IMG/VR virus record: IMGVR_UViG_3300028888_001628
Span: 64,001 to 128,000 of that record
DNA: 64,000 nt
Direction: 5' to 3' (one strand)
From: a virus
Taxonomy: Duplodnaviria > Caudoviricetes
Below are positions 29,881 to 39,755 of the stretch, one piece after another. A program made the translations under genes and the position numbers. Positions within the stretch are counted from its first letter, which is position 1; each line of letters opens with the position of its first letter. The notes under the pieces were generated by a model. That model searched no databases. It had not been told where the DNA came from and saw only the letters and a list, made by a program, of their open reading frames with translations.

Positions 29881-30935
29881 TGGGTTTACAGGCTATGAAA
29901 AATTTACATACATTTAAATATAGACGTTTATACACACTCGAAAGACGTATTAAAGAATTAGAAAGTTTACTATTAGAAGGTAAACGAGATCAAGAAATAT
30001 TAAATAATTTTTTAGGCGATGATTACTATAATAAATTTCAAACTATAAAGAATAAAATAAAAGACCCTGAGTACAAAGATATTTATAAAATAATTAAAAA
30101 GGATCCTGATGATGTAAAGAGTTATATTGACACTATACAATCTTCATCTGACAAGAGGCGTGAGGATAAGAAAGGTGCTCAATTACTATATGAAGATGAT
30201 GACTGGAAAGTATATAGAATAACAACTTACCCAGCAGCTCAATTATATGGAAAGAACACAAAGTGGTGTATTACTGGAAGATATCCTGGCGAGGAAGGTA
30301 AAGGTGAAGAATATTTTAATGATTATATAAATGATAACGATTTAGACGGTGGTTATTATTTTTATTTAAATAAAAAAGATCCATTTGAAAAATATTGCGT
30401 TCTTCAAAAAGATAATGGCAAAATACATTCTATCTGGGATGCGAGTGACTCTAAAAGAGGTTCGTTAAATATAAATATAGGCCTTCCAGAGATACCACAA
30501 GTGAATTTTATTAAATCAACATCAGTTGATTTTGGAGGGTATAAGTGGACTAAGATAGGAGAGTTAAATGGTCACTCTCTTTATCTGTGTTATGGAATAG
30601 TAAGAAATATGGCCTTTAATGATTCAAGTGAATCTAATAAATGGAGTGACTCTGACATTTGTAGATGGTTAAACTCTAATTTTTACAGTACTTTACTCCC
30701 TGATGAAAAGTCAAAAATTATTCCTTATAAAGGAGACAAACTATTCTTATTGTCTAAAGAAGAATATAGAAAATTTGAAAACAATATACCTATTATTGAT
30801 AAATCCTGGTGGCTTAGATCATCAAGCAATATGCTCAACTTTGCTGACTATATTAATTATGATGGTAATGTACGAATTTTCGAAGTCGACTCTGGTAGGA
30901 TAAGTGTCCGTCCAGCTGTTTTATTAGATGATTAA
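29880..30935 (+). CDS. Leader-bearing protein: LERRIKELE leader, YGxxTxWCI domain and DUF6273-like C-terminal domain
   Basis: WKVYRITTYPAAQLYGKNTKWCITG; W.DSDICRWLN..FY, LFLLS, WWLRS, VRPA; ATG 29895 is an alternative start. Confidence 0.7.
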   Translation: MGLQAMKNLHTFKYRRLYTLERRIKELESLLLEGKRDQEILNNFLGDDYYNKFQTIKNKIKDPEYKDIYKIIKKDPDDVKSYIDTIQSSSDKRREDKKGAQLLYEDDDWKVYRITTYPAAQLYGKNTKWCITGRYPGEEGKGEEYFNDYINDNDLDGGYYFYLNKKDPFEKYCVLQKDNGKIHSIWDASDSKRGSLNINIGLPEIPQVNFIKSTSVDFGGYKWTKIGELNGHSLYLCYGIVRNMAFNDSSESNKWSDSDICRWLNSNFYSTLLPDEKSKIIPYKGDKLFLLSKEEYRKFENNIPIIDKSWWLRSSSNMLNFADYINYDGNVRIFEVDSGRISVRPAVLLDD

Positions 30936-30965
30936 GATCTGTTTTAGATATAATGAGGTTAAAAT

Positions 30966-31637
30966 ATGAATCATAAATTAGAAAATCGAATAGCTCGTCT
31001 TGAACGTATTATTAAAAATGAAAAACACAGATTTAAATCTAAATATGTTTATGAGGCTGAACAACAGTCTAATAACAGGATTGAATTAGGTGGTTACACA
31101 TGGACAAAAATAGGAAATATGAAAGGCTATCCTATTTATTTGTGTGATGAGTTTGTACAGTTGATGGCTTTTGATGGAAGAGAAGAATCAAATGATTGGG
31201 AAGACTCTGATATTCGTAAATGGTTAAATTCTGGTTTTTACAATACTCTATCTACAGAAGAGAAATCTGAGATTTCTCCTTTTGAAGGTGATAGATTGTT
31301 TTTATTGTCTGAAGATGAATATGAAAAGTTTAAGGGTAATATATCTAAGATGAATAATTGGTGGTGGCTCAGAACGTCACTTCCAGATTCAAGTAGTGCT
31401 GTTGCGTTTGTTCATCGAGATGGTGATATTGATTATACATATGCTAACTACCCAAAAGCTGGTGTTCGCCCTGCTGTTTTATTAAACGTAGTAGATAGGG
31501 AAAAATTAGACCAGCTGTTAGATAAAATTAGGGATGCTTACGCAAACTACAAGTCACTATGCAATGATTTTATTGATGAGGGTGGTGATGAAGATGAAAT
31601 TGATGGTATCATCCATGATATAAATCAAGTTCTATAA
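30966..31637 (+). CDS. Leader-bearing DUF6273-like protein with an acidic helical tail
   Basis: MNHKLENRIARLERIIKNE; WEDSDIRKWLNSGFY, LFLLS, WWWLRT, GVRPA. Confidence 0.72.
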   Translation: MNHKLENRIARLERIIKNEKHRFKSKYVYEAEQQSNNRIELGGYTWTKIGNMKGYPIYLCDEFVQLMAFDGREESNDWEDSDIRKWLNSGFYNTLSTEEKSEISPFEGDRLFLLSEDEYEKFKGNISKMNNWWWLRTSLPDSSSAVAFVHRDGDIDYTYANYPKAGVRPAVLLNVVDREKLDQLLDKIRDAYANYKSLCNDFIDEGGDEDEIDGIIHDINQVL

Positions 31638-31712
31638 TATAAAAATAGAAAAGTATATAAATTTTATAAATATATAATTGTATATTATTTAAATAAAATT
31701 ATGAGGTAAGTT

Positions 31713-32060
31713 ATGATTAAAAGAAAAGCTACTTTAGAACAACGTATTAGTCGTCTTGAACGTGCATTACGAAAGAATGAAGGTTTTGGTTATAGATTAA
31801 AACCAGGTGATGTAGTTGAAGATGTGGACGGGAGAACAGGTGTTGTTGCTGCAGTTGGCCTAGCTGGAAATCTGTTTAAGAAATTTAGATCTAGATTATG
31901 TGATAGCAGTATTGATGAGATTATGGATCTTATGAGTGAAGATCCAAGTTGGGAATCAATTAGCGATTGTGTTGTAGTTTGTTATGATGACACATCTGAT
32001 ATGGATGGTGGTGATTGTGCTTTATGGACTGATCCTGAAAATGGGTTAGATCTTATCTAA
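31713..32060 (+). CDS. Leader-bearing small acidic protein with an SH3/KOW-like start
   Basis: LEQRISRLERALRKNEG, then LKPGDVVEDVDGRTGVV; TTGTATAT at 31678. Confidence 0.65.
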   Translation: MIKRKATLEQRISRLERALRKNEGFGYRLKPGDVVEDVDGRTGVVAAVGLAGNLFKKFRSRLCDSSIDEIMDLMSEDPSWESISDCVVVCYDDTSDMDGGDCALWTDPENGLDLI

Positions 32061-32093
32061 TCTTACTAAAGATAATTAACATAACAAATAAAT

Positions 32094-32133
32094 AAACCCT
32101 GGTAGTTAATTCTATCAGGGTTTTATTGTATAT
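32094..32133 (+). terminator. Intrinsic terminator followed by TTGTATAT
   Basis: aaaccctggtag / ctatcagggttt (one G-U pair); TTGTATAT at 32126. Confidence 0.7.
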
Positions 32134-32189
32134 TATATATTACAATAAATTACTTATTGCCTTTTAGCCAATTAGGAGTTATAAGAAAT

Positions 32190-34472
32190 ATGGCACCGAG
32201 AAAGAAAAAGTCAGAGTCAGATGAAATTAAAACAAGCCGTGGTAATTATGAGCATTATGTTCCAGCTGTACCGATTCTAGAAAATTTTGAAGAGGTATAT
32301 AAATTACAGTATCATCTTATAAAATCTTATGATGAACTCATGAGTTTTTATAATAATGAGTTTAAACCGAATTCATTCTTTGCATGGGATACTGAAACTT
32401 CTTCATTGGATCCTACTCAATCAGTCTCACGTGGTGACATGGTTGAAGGAAGAATTGTTGGTTATTCATTTACGCAGAATGGTCGCGACGGTTATTATGT
32501 ACCTCTTTGTCACCCTGATTATGCATTAGGATATAAAGCTTTAAAAGTTTTATATGCTATGATCAGTAGATCAAAGCTTCATCTGTTATATAACGCAAGA
32601 TTCGATATGCGCTTTCTTGAGTTTATGACACCTGAGAAATATAATTATGAACCTGAGAAAGATGAGAAAGTTTATAAGTTCGATCTTTCAAATACTAAAT
32701 ATTTCGATGTTCAGTGTTCAGTTTGGTTAGCAGACACGAATGTACCAATGCCTTCATTGAAAAAATCTGAAAAACATTTTCTTGGGTGGAACCCTCCTAC
32801 ATTTTCAGATACAGTAGGTGATGAATCTAACTTTGGGTATTTACCTGCTGAACAAGGATATCGTTATGCTTGTATAGACGCATTAGGTACATATCATTTA
32901 TTTCTAAAGACAGAGAAATATTTAGCTGAATCAGGTGCAGCAGGTAAACTTGATAATGAAGTTCTTTATCCTTTAATGAAGTTAGAGAACACTCCTGTTT
33001 ACATAGATCACGATTATCTTGCTTCTATGAAAACTGATATTAAGAATCACTTGCAAGAATTGAAAAATTATCTCTATGAGCAAGTTGGTGGAAATGAATA
33101 TAATATTAGTTCAGGTCGAGAACTTGTAGGTGTATTTCAGCAGCTTGGGATTGATACAGGCGCAAGAACTGCTACTGGTCAGATGAAAACAGATATTAAA
33201 ACAATCGACAACTATTTAATTACGCACGGCGATAATGAGTATCTTCGAAAACTAATTGAGTATAAGAAATTATTCAAGTTCGATAATTCATATCTTGAGA
33301 CACTTTTAAAAATCTCATCACCAAATGAGATTGAAAAGCATCCAATTAGATTTAATTATTTCACGTGCCGTGTTCCTACCGGTCGTTTAGCGTGTGGTAC
33401 AGATGGAAAGAATTCATTTTTCAGTCCTGTGAACTTTCAATCACTTCCTAAACCACATTCACATAATTATCATGTACACAAAGCAACGCCTGAACAGATT
33501 GCAAATAATGAAGATCTATGTGGTTATATCTTTGATGATAATCCTGAGAATAGTTTAGGTTTAACTGAAGGTCAAGACCCACATTTGAATGTTCGTAAGT
33601 CAATTCGCCCACCTACAAATGATTCAGTAATAGTATCTGTCGATATGAAAGCTGAAGAACTTCGTCTTGCTGCCAATGTATTTAATGAACCTACATGGAT
33701 AAATGCATTTAATACAGGGCAAGATGTTCATAAAATGACAGCAATAAAGATTTTCGGTGAAGAGAATTATTGTAAAGAAGCACGTAAAAAAGCAAAGACT
33801 GCAAACTTTGGAATTCTGTATGGGTCTTCTGCATACGGATTTCATAATCAGTTCCCTGATATGACACTTGAAGAGTGTGAAGACTTTATTGATAAATTTA
33901 AATCTGCACTTCCTTCTATTGAAGCTGCTCAACGAAACGCATTTAGATTTGCAAAAAAGAACGGTTATGTAAAGACTTATTTTGGAAGACCTCGTCGAGT
34001 AAAGTTTTATATAAACAGCTCAAATAGATCGATGCAAGGATTTGCAAAAAGAACTTGCAGTAATACGGTTGTTCAAGGGTGCGCTGGTGACGCGTTAAAA
34101 CTAATGTTAATTAGACTATGGAATGATTTATTTACGAAGTATTATGATAAGGGGCTACGTTGGATTGGGACGATCCATGATGAGATCAATTATCTTGTAC
34201 CAAAGAGTTTAATCGATGAAGTAGTTCCTATTATTATGAAGTGTCAAACTATTAAATTACCTGATTGGCCCGTTGTTCTCGAACCAGATCTTTCTATAGG
34301 TAAATCTTTTGGTGAATTAATTCCATTTAACGTTATTTATAATGAAGATGGTACTGTAAAAGAATTTGTCCCACAAATGGAATCAACTAAAGAGAAAGAT
34401 CTTCATCCAAGTGATTCTGCAATCGATAATTATATACCAGAGATTGAAGATGATTACGATTATATGCAGTAA
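32190..34472 (+). CDS. polA: Family A DNA polymerase with 3'-5' exonuclease domain
   Basis: ExoI DTET, NARFD, YACID; TGRL; motif A DMKAEELR, motif B RKKAKTANFGILYG, motif C IHDEI; AGGAG RBS before ATG 32190. Confidence 0.93.
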   Translation: MAPRKKKSESDEIKTSRGNYEHYVPAVPILENFEEVYKLQYHLIKSYDELMSFYNNEFKPNSFFAWDTETSSLDPTQSVSRGDMVEGRIVGYSFTQNGRDGYYVPLCHPDYALGYKALKVLYAMISRSKLHLLYNARFDMRFLEFMTPEKYNYEPEKDEKVYKFDLSNTKYFDVQCSVWLADTNVPMPSLKKSEKHFLGWNPPTFSDTVGDESNFGYLPAEQGYRYACIDALGTYHLFLKTEKYLAESGAAGKLDNEVLYPLMKLENTPVYIDHDYLASMKTDIKNHLQELKNYLYEQVGGNEYNISSGRELVGVFQQLGIDTGARTATGQMKTDIKTIDNYLITHGDNEYLRKLIEYKKLFKFDNSYLETLLKISSPNEIEKHPIRFNYFTCRVPTGRLACGTDGKNSFFSPVNFQSLPKPHSHNYHVHKATPEQIANNEDLCGYIFDDNPENSLGLTEGQDPHLNVRKSIRPPTNDSVIVSVDMKAEELRLAANVFNEPTWINAFNTGQDVHKMTAIKIFGEENYCKEARKKAKTANFGILYGSSAYGFHNQFPDMTLEECEDFIDKFKSALPSIEAAQRNAFRFAKKNGYVKTYFGRPRRVKFYINSSNRSMQGFAKRTCSNTVVQGCAGDALKLMLIRLWNDLFTKYYDKGLRWIGTIHDEINYLVPKSLIDEVVPIIMKCQTIKLPDWPVVLEPDLSIGKSFGELIPFNVIYNEDGTVKEFVPQMESTKEKDLHPSDSAIDNYIPEIEDDYDYMQ

Positions 34473-34492
34473 TTAATAATCCATGTATCTTA

Positions 34493-34535
34493 CACTAATA
34501 TAGTATATCTATTTATAGAAAATACTATATTAGTG
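34493..34535 (+). promoter_or_regulatory. 14-bp hairpin containing ATATCTA; 3' arm abuts the RBS of the next gene
   Basis: cactaatatagtat / atactatattagtg; no T-tract; GAGGTG begins at the last base of the arm. Confidence 0.45.
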
Positions 34536-34546
34536 AGGTGATAATT

Positions 34547-34852
34547 ATGCCACTAAATAACAGAGAGTATATAAAGAATATTAAAGACATTATGCTGTGT
34601 CTTCAGACTATGGTAAAGACTAGATTCGGTAAGAAGACAAAGATTATATTTACAAGTGGAAAGTATAAAAGTGCATACATGAGTTTTTACAAAGCACCTA
34701 GAGTTTGGCAGTTTTACTGTGAAGATCGTGTGAGTAATTATATGCTGTATCTTGTTAAAGATGATAAAGTTATTAGAAGTGAGATGATTAGAAAATCAGA
34801 GTTGATAGAGCATTTTTATACTAAAATATCACACTTGTTCACGTATATGTAA
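34547..34852 (+). CDS. Hypothetical basic protein
   Basis: ORF with GAGGTG RBS. Confidence 0.6.
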   Translation: MPLNNREYIKNIKDIMLCLQTMVKTRFGKKTKIIFTSGKYKSAYMSFYKAPRVWQFYCEDRVSNYMLYLVKDDKVIRSEMIRKSELIEHFYTKISHLFTYM

Positions 34853-34867
34853 TATTGGAGATTTAGT

Positions 34868-35878
34868 ATGGATAATATTGAAGATTTAAAAACTGATGCT
34901 AGTATAGCATATATACTCCAAAAACTTAAAGAAACTAAACCTGTTAAACAGCCTGAGGTTGAAACAGATACTGCTGATAAATCAGACAAAGACAATTCTC
35001 TAATAATCCCAGTAAAAGATATTCCAGTAAATAGTTTTAGTAAGAAAGAGTTTCCAGCAAAAGAGGTACAATTAGAGAAAGAACCAGAGACTCATGAGAA
35101 TTCTTTTGCAGACAATAATATTCTTCCATGGTTTTCAAAAAGTGATAAAGATTTAAAGCTTATTCACTATCTGTCACTAAATGACTCAGGTTATTTAGTG
35201 CATAATAGTATTAAAGTTAGTAGTCCTGCTAATGATATAGCATCTTTAAAGCTTAAGAACAATTATGTCTGTGACGTTGATTATTACAAGTCAAGACATT
35301 ATGTGTTACACGTAGCTCATTTCGAAAGTAATTTCCCATACAGTAAAACATTCACACCTACTGATGAAAGTTTGCAGACAACTAATGAATCAGCAGAAAA
35401 TCCAGAGTTAGTAAAAGTATCACAAGATGATGTTTGTAAAGAAGTTGCACAGAATGAGAAATATTTCCATTATGTAGTATTTACAGATTTGGGTATTGCT
35501 GATTTCATTGTTAGACAAGATTATCTTCCATTTCCATACGGTGAACCTGATTTAAATAAATGGTTTGAAGAATCGTCAAACTATGTTTCAATAGAAATGC
35601 CTAACTTTAAAGCTAACCCACATATTGTGTCTGATAAAGCAAATTCTATTAGAGATATAAAGCATGACATTATAACAATGCACCGCCCTGGTATTATTAC
35701 TTTAGATTCAGTTGATAATAATGATTCGAGTTATAGTATTCATCTTAAATTAAAGGATGAGTTTAATTTTATTCAGTTAAATAGAATTCTTGGTTGCTTA
35801 AAATATTATTCTCAAAATGAATCAAAGTCATTAGATAGTTTTAAGAGATTCATAAATAAATACTTCGATATAGAATAG
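34868..35878 (+). CDS. Hypothetical protein
   Basis: 336-aa ORF with GGAG RBS; two NES sites. Confidence 0.65.
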   Translation: MDNIEDLKTDASIAYILQKLKETKPVKQPEVETDTADKSDKDNSLIIPVKDIPVNSFSKKEFPAKEVQLEKEPETHENSFADNNILPWFSKSDKDLKLIHYLSLNDSGYLVHNSIKVSSPANDIASLKLKNNYVCDVDYYKSRHYVLHVAHFESNFPYSKTFTPTDESLQTTNESAENPELVKVSQDDVCKEVAQNEKYFHYVVFTDLGIADFIVRQDYLPFPYGEPDLNKWFEESSNYVSIEMPNFKANPHIVSDKANSIRDIKHDIITMHRPGIITLDSVDNNDSSYSIHLKLKDEFNFIQLNRILGCLKYYSQNESKSLDSFKRFINKYFDIE

Positions 35879-35902
35879 TTATTCAATTACTCTTATAGTT
35901 TT

Positions 35903-35950
35903 AAACCTAATCTGTATATCAAATTTTTATACAGATTAGGTTTTATTTTA
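35903..35950 (+). terminator. Intrinsic terminator (16-bp stem)
   Basis: aaacctaatctgtata / tatacagattaggttt followed by tatttt. Confidence 0.75.
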
Positions 35951-35966
35951 TTATAAGAGGTTAACT

Positions 35967-38900
35967 ATGGCAGCCTATTTTGGTGATAGCTCACAAGCTA
36001 GTAGCAAAACATCTATAGAATCAGTATCACAGAAAGTGTGGAGCGATTTTTCATCACACATGAGAAATGCTAGTGCTGAAGAAAAGAAAACTTTTGATAA
36101 GCTTACAACTATAGTACAAAGAAATGCAAACTCAGAGGTAGTTAGATCTGAGAATGCTAGACGTGATTCACGTGCAGCGGCAGCAGCGGTACATGATAAA
36201 GTGGATAAAGGTATTAGTGCTATTGATAAACTTCGTGACGCATTAAAGGGTGCATTAGATAAACTATATGATATGCTTAAGTCATCGTTAAAAGAATCAC
36301 TTAAAAAATATGATGACTTTGCAAGATCTCTTAGGGAGAAGAATATTTCTAGTGCTGATAAGAAAGCGGCTCAAGCGGCAGCAACAAGAGCTAAAAATGT
36401 AGATGACGGTTTGTATGTAGCGCAAGAAAGCATCAATAGTTTACTTACAAACATGGCTGATGAAAATAATGCATATTTTAGAAAATTAACTACAGTTACA
36501 GAAAATGCTGCTGCAAACGCAGCAAATGATAAACGTATAAATATGTTAGCTTCTCTTGTAGAGAAGCAAGGTATGTCTACTCAAGATGCTATCAAATTGT
36601 CGCAAAGTGTGTCAGATAAAGATTTAGACAAGTTAGAGTATTTTGTATTACAGTCTTCAGAGGGACTAGGCGGTAAACAGGTGCTTGATAGTGCCGTAAA
36701 AATGCTAAACTCCGCAGAAGGCCAATTAATGCTTCAATCAGGTAATGCGATAGATGCTCTTAATTCAATGGGAGACTCTGCTAGAAAACTAGCAGCTATC
36801 GGTGGTAATTTTACAAGTCAGACATCCACTGCTCTAACAGAGCTTGGGATGCAGATGAAGACTGGTGTTTTAGAGAATATTAATACACAGAACTTAGTTG
36901 CAGCATTAGGCATTACTGGTGGTAAAATTAATAGTCCTGAAGAAATAATTGATTCTATTAATAACAAACTATTTGAAATACAGTCATTACAACAATCTGG
37001 TAATGAAGAGGGCGCTGAGAGACTAGCAAAGCAATTAGAAAATGGTTTAAGGCCGTTATTTGGTGAAAACGAACAAGTCATGGCTGAGATGATGAGTTCA
37101 ATTGGTGCTGCTAAGAAAGGTAATCTTGCTTTTGAAAACGTTAAAGTTGGTGAAGAGCTTTTAAAACAGGCGAAGCAAACTAATGAAGAAAACAGAAAAA
37201 ATGGAAAGCTATCTGATTTAACTGATAGTTTTCTTGCAGGTGTTAATAACATCACTGCTGATATGTTTGGTATAGAAGGTGGTCTACTAGGCAATCTTGC
37301 TGTAAATTTAGATGAGATGTTTGGCGGTAGTCTTCCTATGAACGATGTAGTTAGTAATGGTTTTGCTTTAGTTGTTAGTTTGTTAGAGGGTATTAGATTA
37401 GGCCAAATAACTCAATCTATCGGTAGTTTCTTTGGCGGTTCTGGCATAGGTGGTATGTTCACTGGTGTTCTTGGAAAAGCTGGTGGTTTATTTGGAAAAT
37501 TAGGTAATGTTTTTAGTAAACTTGGTCCAGTATTTACAAATATAGCGACAAAAGGATTACCTATAGCATTTGTGGCAGGTGCTGCTTTACTTGCGTATAA
37601 AGCGATTAAAGGTGAGATTGATCGTGGCGATGAAGTAGAAGCAGTAAAAGATGAGATTAAAGATAAAGATGCAGAAATAGCACGCAAAGAAGCTGAACTT
37701 CAAGCTGCTAAAGATTTTAATAATCCAAATGCAGGTAGAATTGAACAAGAATTAAATGCACTTAAAAAGTCAAGGGAAGGTCTTGATAAGAAGCTTGATG
37801 AAGCTGTTGGTAATGCTAGAACTAATAATGAAAAAACTTATGATGACTATGTAGCGTCGAACAGATTAAAGAGAGTTTCACTTGAGCAAGAAATAGATAT
37901 GTTTGCTAAAAATGCAGAAAGATATCTTGCAATGGGTGATGCTGAAAATGCAGCTAAACAAAAATCAATGGCTGATGCAGCAGATAAACAATTAAAAGAA
38001 ATAGAAGCTCGCAATGAGGCACTTAAAGATTATAGTCATACAATGTTAGCTGCTATGTTAGAGCCACTAAATCTTGAAGCAGACAGTATGCTAAAATTAA
38101 ATAAGTATAAAGATCTTATTTATTCGATTGTTTTAGGTTTATTTGGCCCTATTGGAAAGATAGGCAATGATATAAGACTTATTACAACTAATTGGGATAA
38201 GATAACTGCTAAGATAGGTTCTACTATAGGTAGTATTTTACCAACAGCCCAAGATTTTAGAGATACAATTAGTAACGGCATAGATAAAGCTAAAGACCTT
38301 AAAGCTACGATTAGTAAAGGCGTTGATAATTTTAAAACTAAGATTTCCAATGTTATTAATCCATTTAAAGACTTTTTTAAACTTGAGTGGCTTCCGCAGA
38401 GTATAAAGAACTTTATCTTTGGCGGTGGCAAAGAAGCAGCTAGTAAGTCGTCGTGGATCGGAAATATTGGTAATGTCATAACTACCACATTTAAAAATAT
38501 TAGATCAGACTTTAAAAACTGGTGGAACGACTTTAAACTTTTTGCAAACGGTGGTGTTGTTGGTTCAGCCACAAAAGCTGTTGTCGGTGAAGCCGGCAAA
38601 GAAGTAATATTCCCATTAACTAAACCTGATCAGATACGAAATGTATTTTCTCAACTATCTAATAATGAAAAGTTCTTACTACTTAAAGAATTACTTAAAT
38701 CAAATCAGTCTTTTTCTATTACAAGCCTCTCTAGTGTATTATATAATATACTGACTAATAAAGATAAACTTTATAAACAAAGTGGAACTTCTAATAGAGA
38801 ACTTGTATCTGGCGATGTTACACAGACGGATCTTACTAGAAAAATTATAGAAGGCGCAGCAGCACAGAAAGGTCATACTTATTCAGAGATGGTATGTAAT

Positions 38901-39692
38901 CAACTAGTTGAAGCTGCTCTTAAATACGCAGGATTCCCATTACCCACTAGAGGTGTTGTAACAAAGCACTTCAATAACGATAAGATGAGATTAGTTTTAA
39001 ATGATCCAATTAAAGGTATTTCACCTACAGATCCAGCACTAGTACCTGGTATGATTATGTTTTCTCATCCATTTACACAAGAAGAAGCAGATCAGTTAAA
39101 CGCTCAGAAGGGCGGTAAACGAAAAGCCGGTGATCCTGGTCACATGGGTATTTATGCTGGTAATGGTTTATGGTGGAACTCAACGTCATCGAAAAGCACC
39201 TATGATTATAGTAGTGGTGAAAAAATTAAATTTACAGAAAGCGGTGTTGCTCTCACTAAACCAATGACAACCGGTACATATAAATTATATGCGGCTGGAT
39301 ACTATGATGGAATGTTTGACAGTTCAGTTACTGGGAAGTTACCGACTGCTAATAAAAAATCAACTGTTTTAGAACGCGCTACTGAGCAAACAAAACAGCT
39401 TCTTAAGAAAGCTGGGTCAGGGCAGCCATCAGTTAAAGGTACGGGTCTTTTATCAACTAATGAAATGATGACTATACTTAATGAAGCTGGTATTAGAAAC
39501 GCACCAATAATGAGTTCATATATAGAACAAGCAAAGAAATTACTTGCAAGTGGCTCTGATAAAGAAAACATTATTGTATTACTTACAGAGATAGCAAGAT
39601 ACCTGAGATCAATGTCAATTAATAAGAACACTGCAGTCCCAGTTTCAAGACCACCAGCTGCAACTTATGGTGTATCTGGTGCAGCTAGATAA
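35967..39692 (+). CDS. Tape measure protein with a C-terminal NlpC/P60-like peptidoglycan hydrolase domain
   Basis: Long Ala/Gly-rich helical protein; FANGGVV...VVGEAGKEVIFPL; MVCNQLV...PGMIMF...GHMGIYAGNG. Confidence 0.85.
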   Translation: MAAYFGDSSQASSKTSIESVSQKVWSDFSSHMRNASAEEKKTFDKLTTIVQRNANSEVVRSENARRDSRAAAAAVHDKVDKGISAIDKLRDALKGALDKLYDMLKSSLKESLKKYDDFARSLREKNISSADKKAAQAAATRAKNVDDGLYVAQESINSLLTNMADENNAYFRKLTTVTENAAANAANDKRINMLASLVEKQGMSTQDAIKLSQSVSDKDLDKLEYFVLQSSEGLGGKQVLDSAVKMLNSAEGQLMLQSGNAIDALNSMGDSARKLAAIGGNFTSQTSTALTELGMQMKTGVLENINTQNLVAALGITGGKINSPEEIIDSINNKLFEIQSLQQSGNEEGAERLAKQLENGLRPLFGENEQVMAEMMSSIGAAKKGNLAFENVKVGEELLKQAKQTNEENRKNGKLSDLTDSFLAGVNNITADMFGIEGGLLGNLAVNLDEMFGGSLPMNDVVSNGFALVVSLLEGIRLGQITQSIGSFFGGSGIGGMFTGVLGKAGGLFGKLGNVFSKLGPVFTNIATKGLPIAFVAGAALLAYKAIKGEIDRGDEVEAVKDEIKDKDAEIARKEAELQAAKDFNNPNAGRIEQELNALKKSREGLDKKLDEAVGNARTNNEKTYDDYVASNRLKRVSLEQEIDMFAKNAERYLAMGDAENAAKQKSMADAADKQLKEIEARNEALKDYSHTMLAAMLEPLNLEADSMLKLNKYKDLIYSIVLGLFGPIGKIGNDIRLITTNWDKITAKIGSTIGSILPTAQDFRDTISNGIDKAKDLKATISKGVDNFKTKISNVINPFKDFFKLEWLPQSIKNFIFGGGKEAASKSSWIGNIGNVITTTFKNIRSDFKNWWNDFKLFANGGVVGSATKAVVGEAGKEVIFPLTKPDQIRNVFSQLSNNEKFLLLKELLKSNQSFSITSLSSVLYNILTNKDKLYKQSGTSNRELVSGDVTQTDLTRKIIEGAAAQKGHTYSEMVCNQLVEAALKYAGFPLPTRGVVTKHFNNDKMRLVLNDPIKGISPTDPALVPGMIMFSHPFTQEEADQLNAQKGGKRKAGDPGHMGIYAGNGLWWNSTSSKSTYDYSSGEKIKFTESGVALTKPMTTGTYKLYAAGYYDGMFDSSVTGKLPTANKKSTVLERATEQTKQLLKKAGSGQPSVKGTGLLSTNEMMTILNEAGIRNAPIMSSYIEQAKKLLASGSDKENIIVLLTEIARYLRSMSINKNTAVPVSRPPAATYGVSGAAR

Positions 39693-39705
39693 TTAACAAT
39701 AAAAC

Positions 39706-39735
39706 ATCGCATATAGATTATAATCTATATGCGAT
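39706..39735. repeat. Perfect 30-bp palindrome without a T-tract
   Basis: atcgcatatagattataatctatatgcgat. Confidence 0.8.
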
Positions 39736-39755
39736 ATAATTATAGGATTTATATT

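Noticed and set aside
30808-31490. Diversity-generating retroelement acting on the two DUF6273-like genes
   Set aside because: No reverse transcriptase and no near-identical template repeat in the window; the two variable segments differ at all base types, not only adenines. A DGR elsewhere in the genome cannot be excluded.
33450-33590. Intein or intron in the DNA polymerase (extra ~45 aa before motif A)
   Set aside because: In frame, short, and without C/S...HN splice motifs or an endonuclease; more likely a loop insertion.
34547-35878. Tail assembly chaperone pair with a programmed frameshift before the tape measure gene
   Set aside because: The two ORFs have separate RBSs, no evident slippery site, and are separated from the tape measure gene by a terminator.
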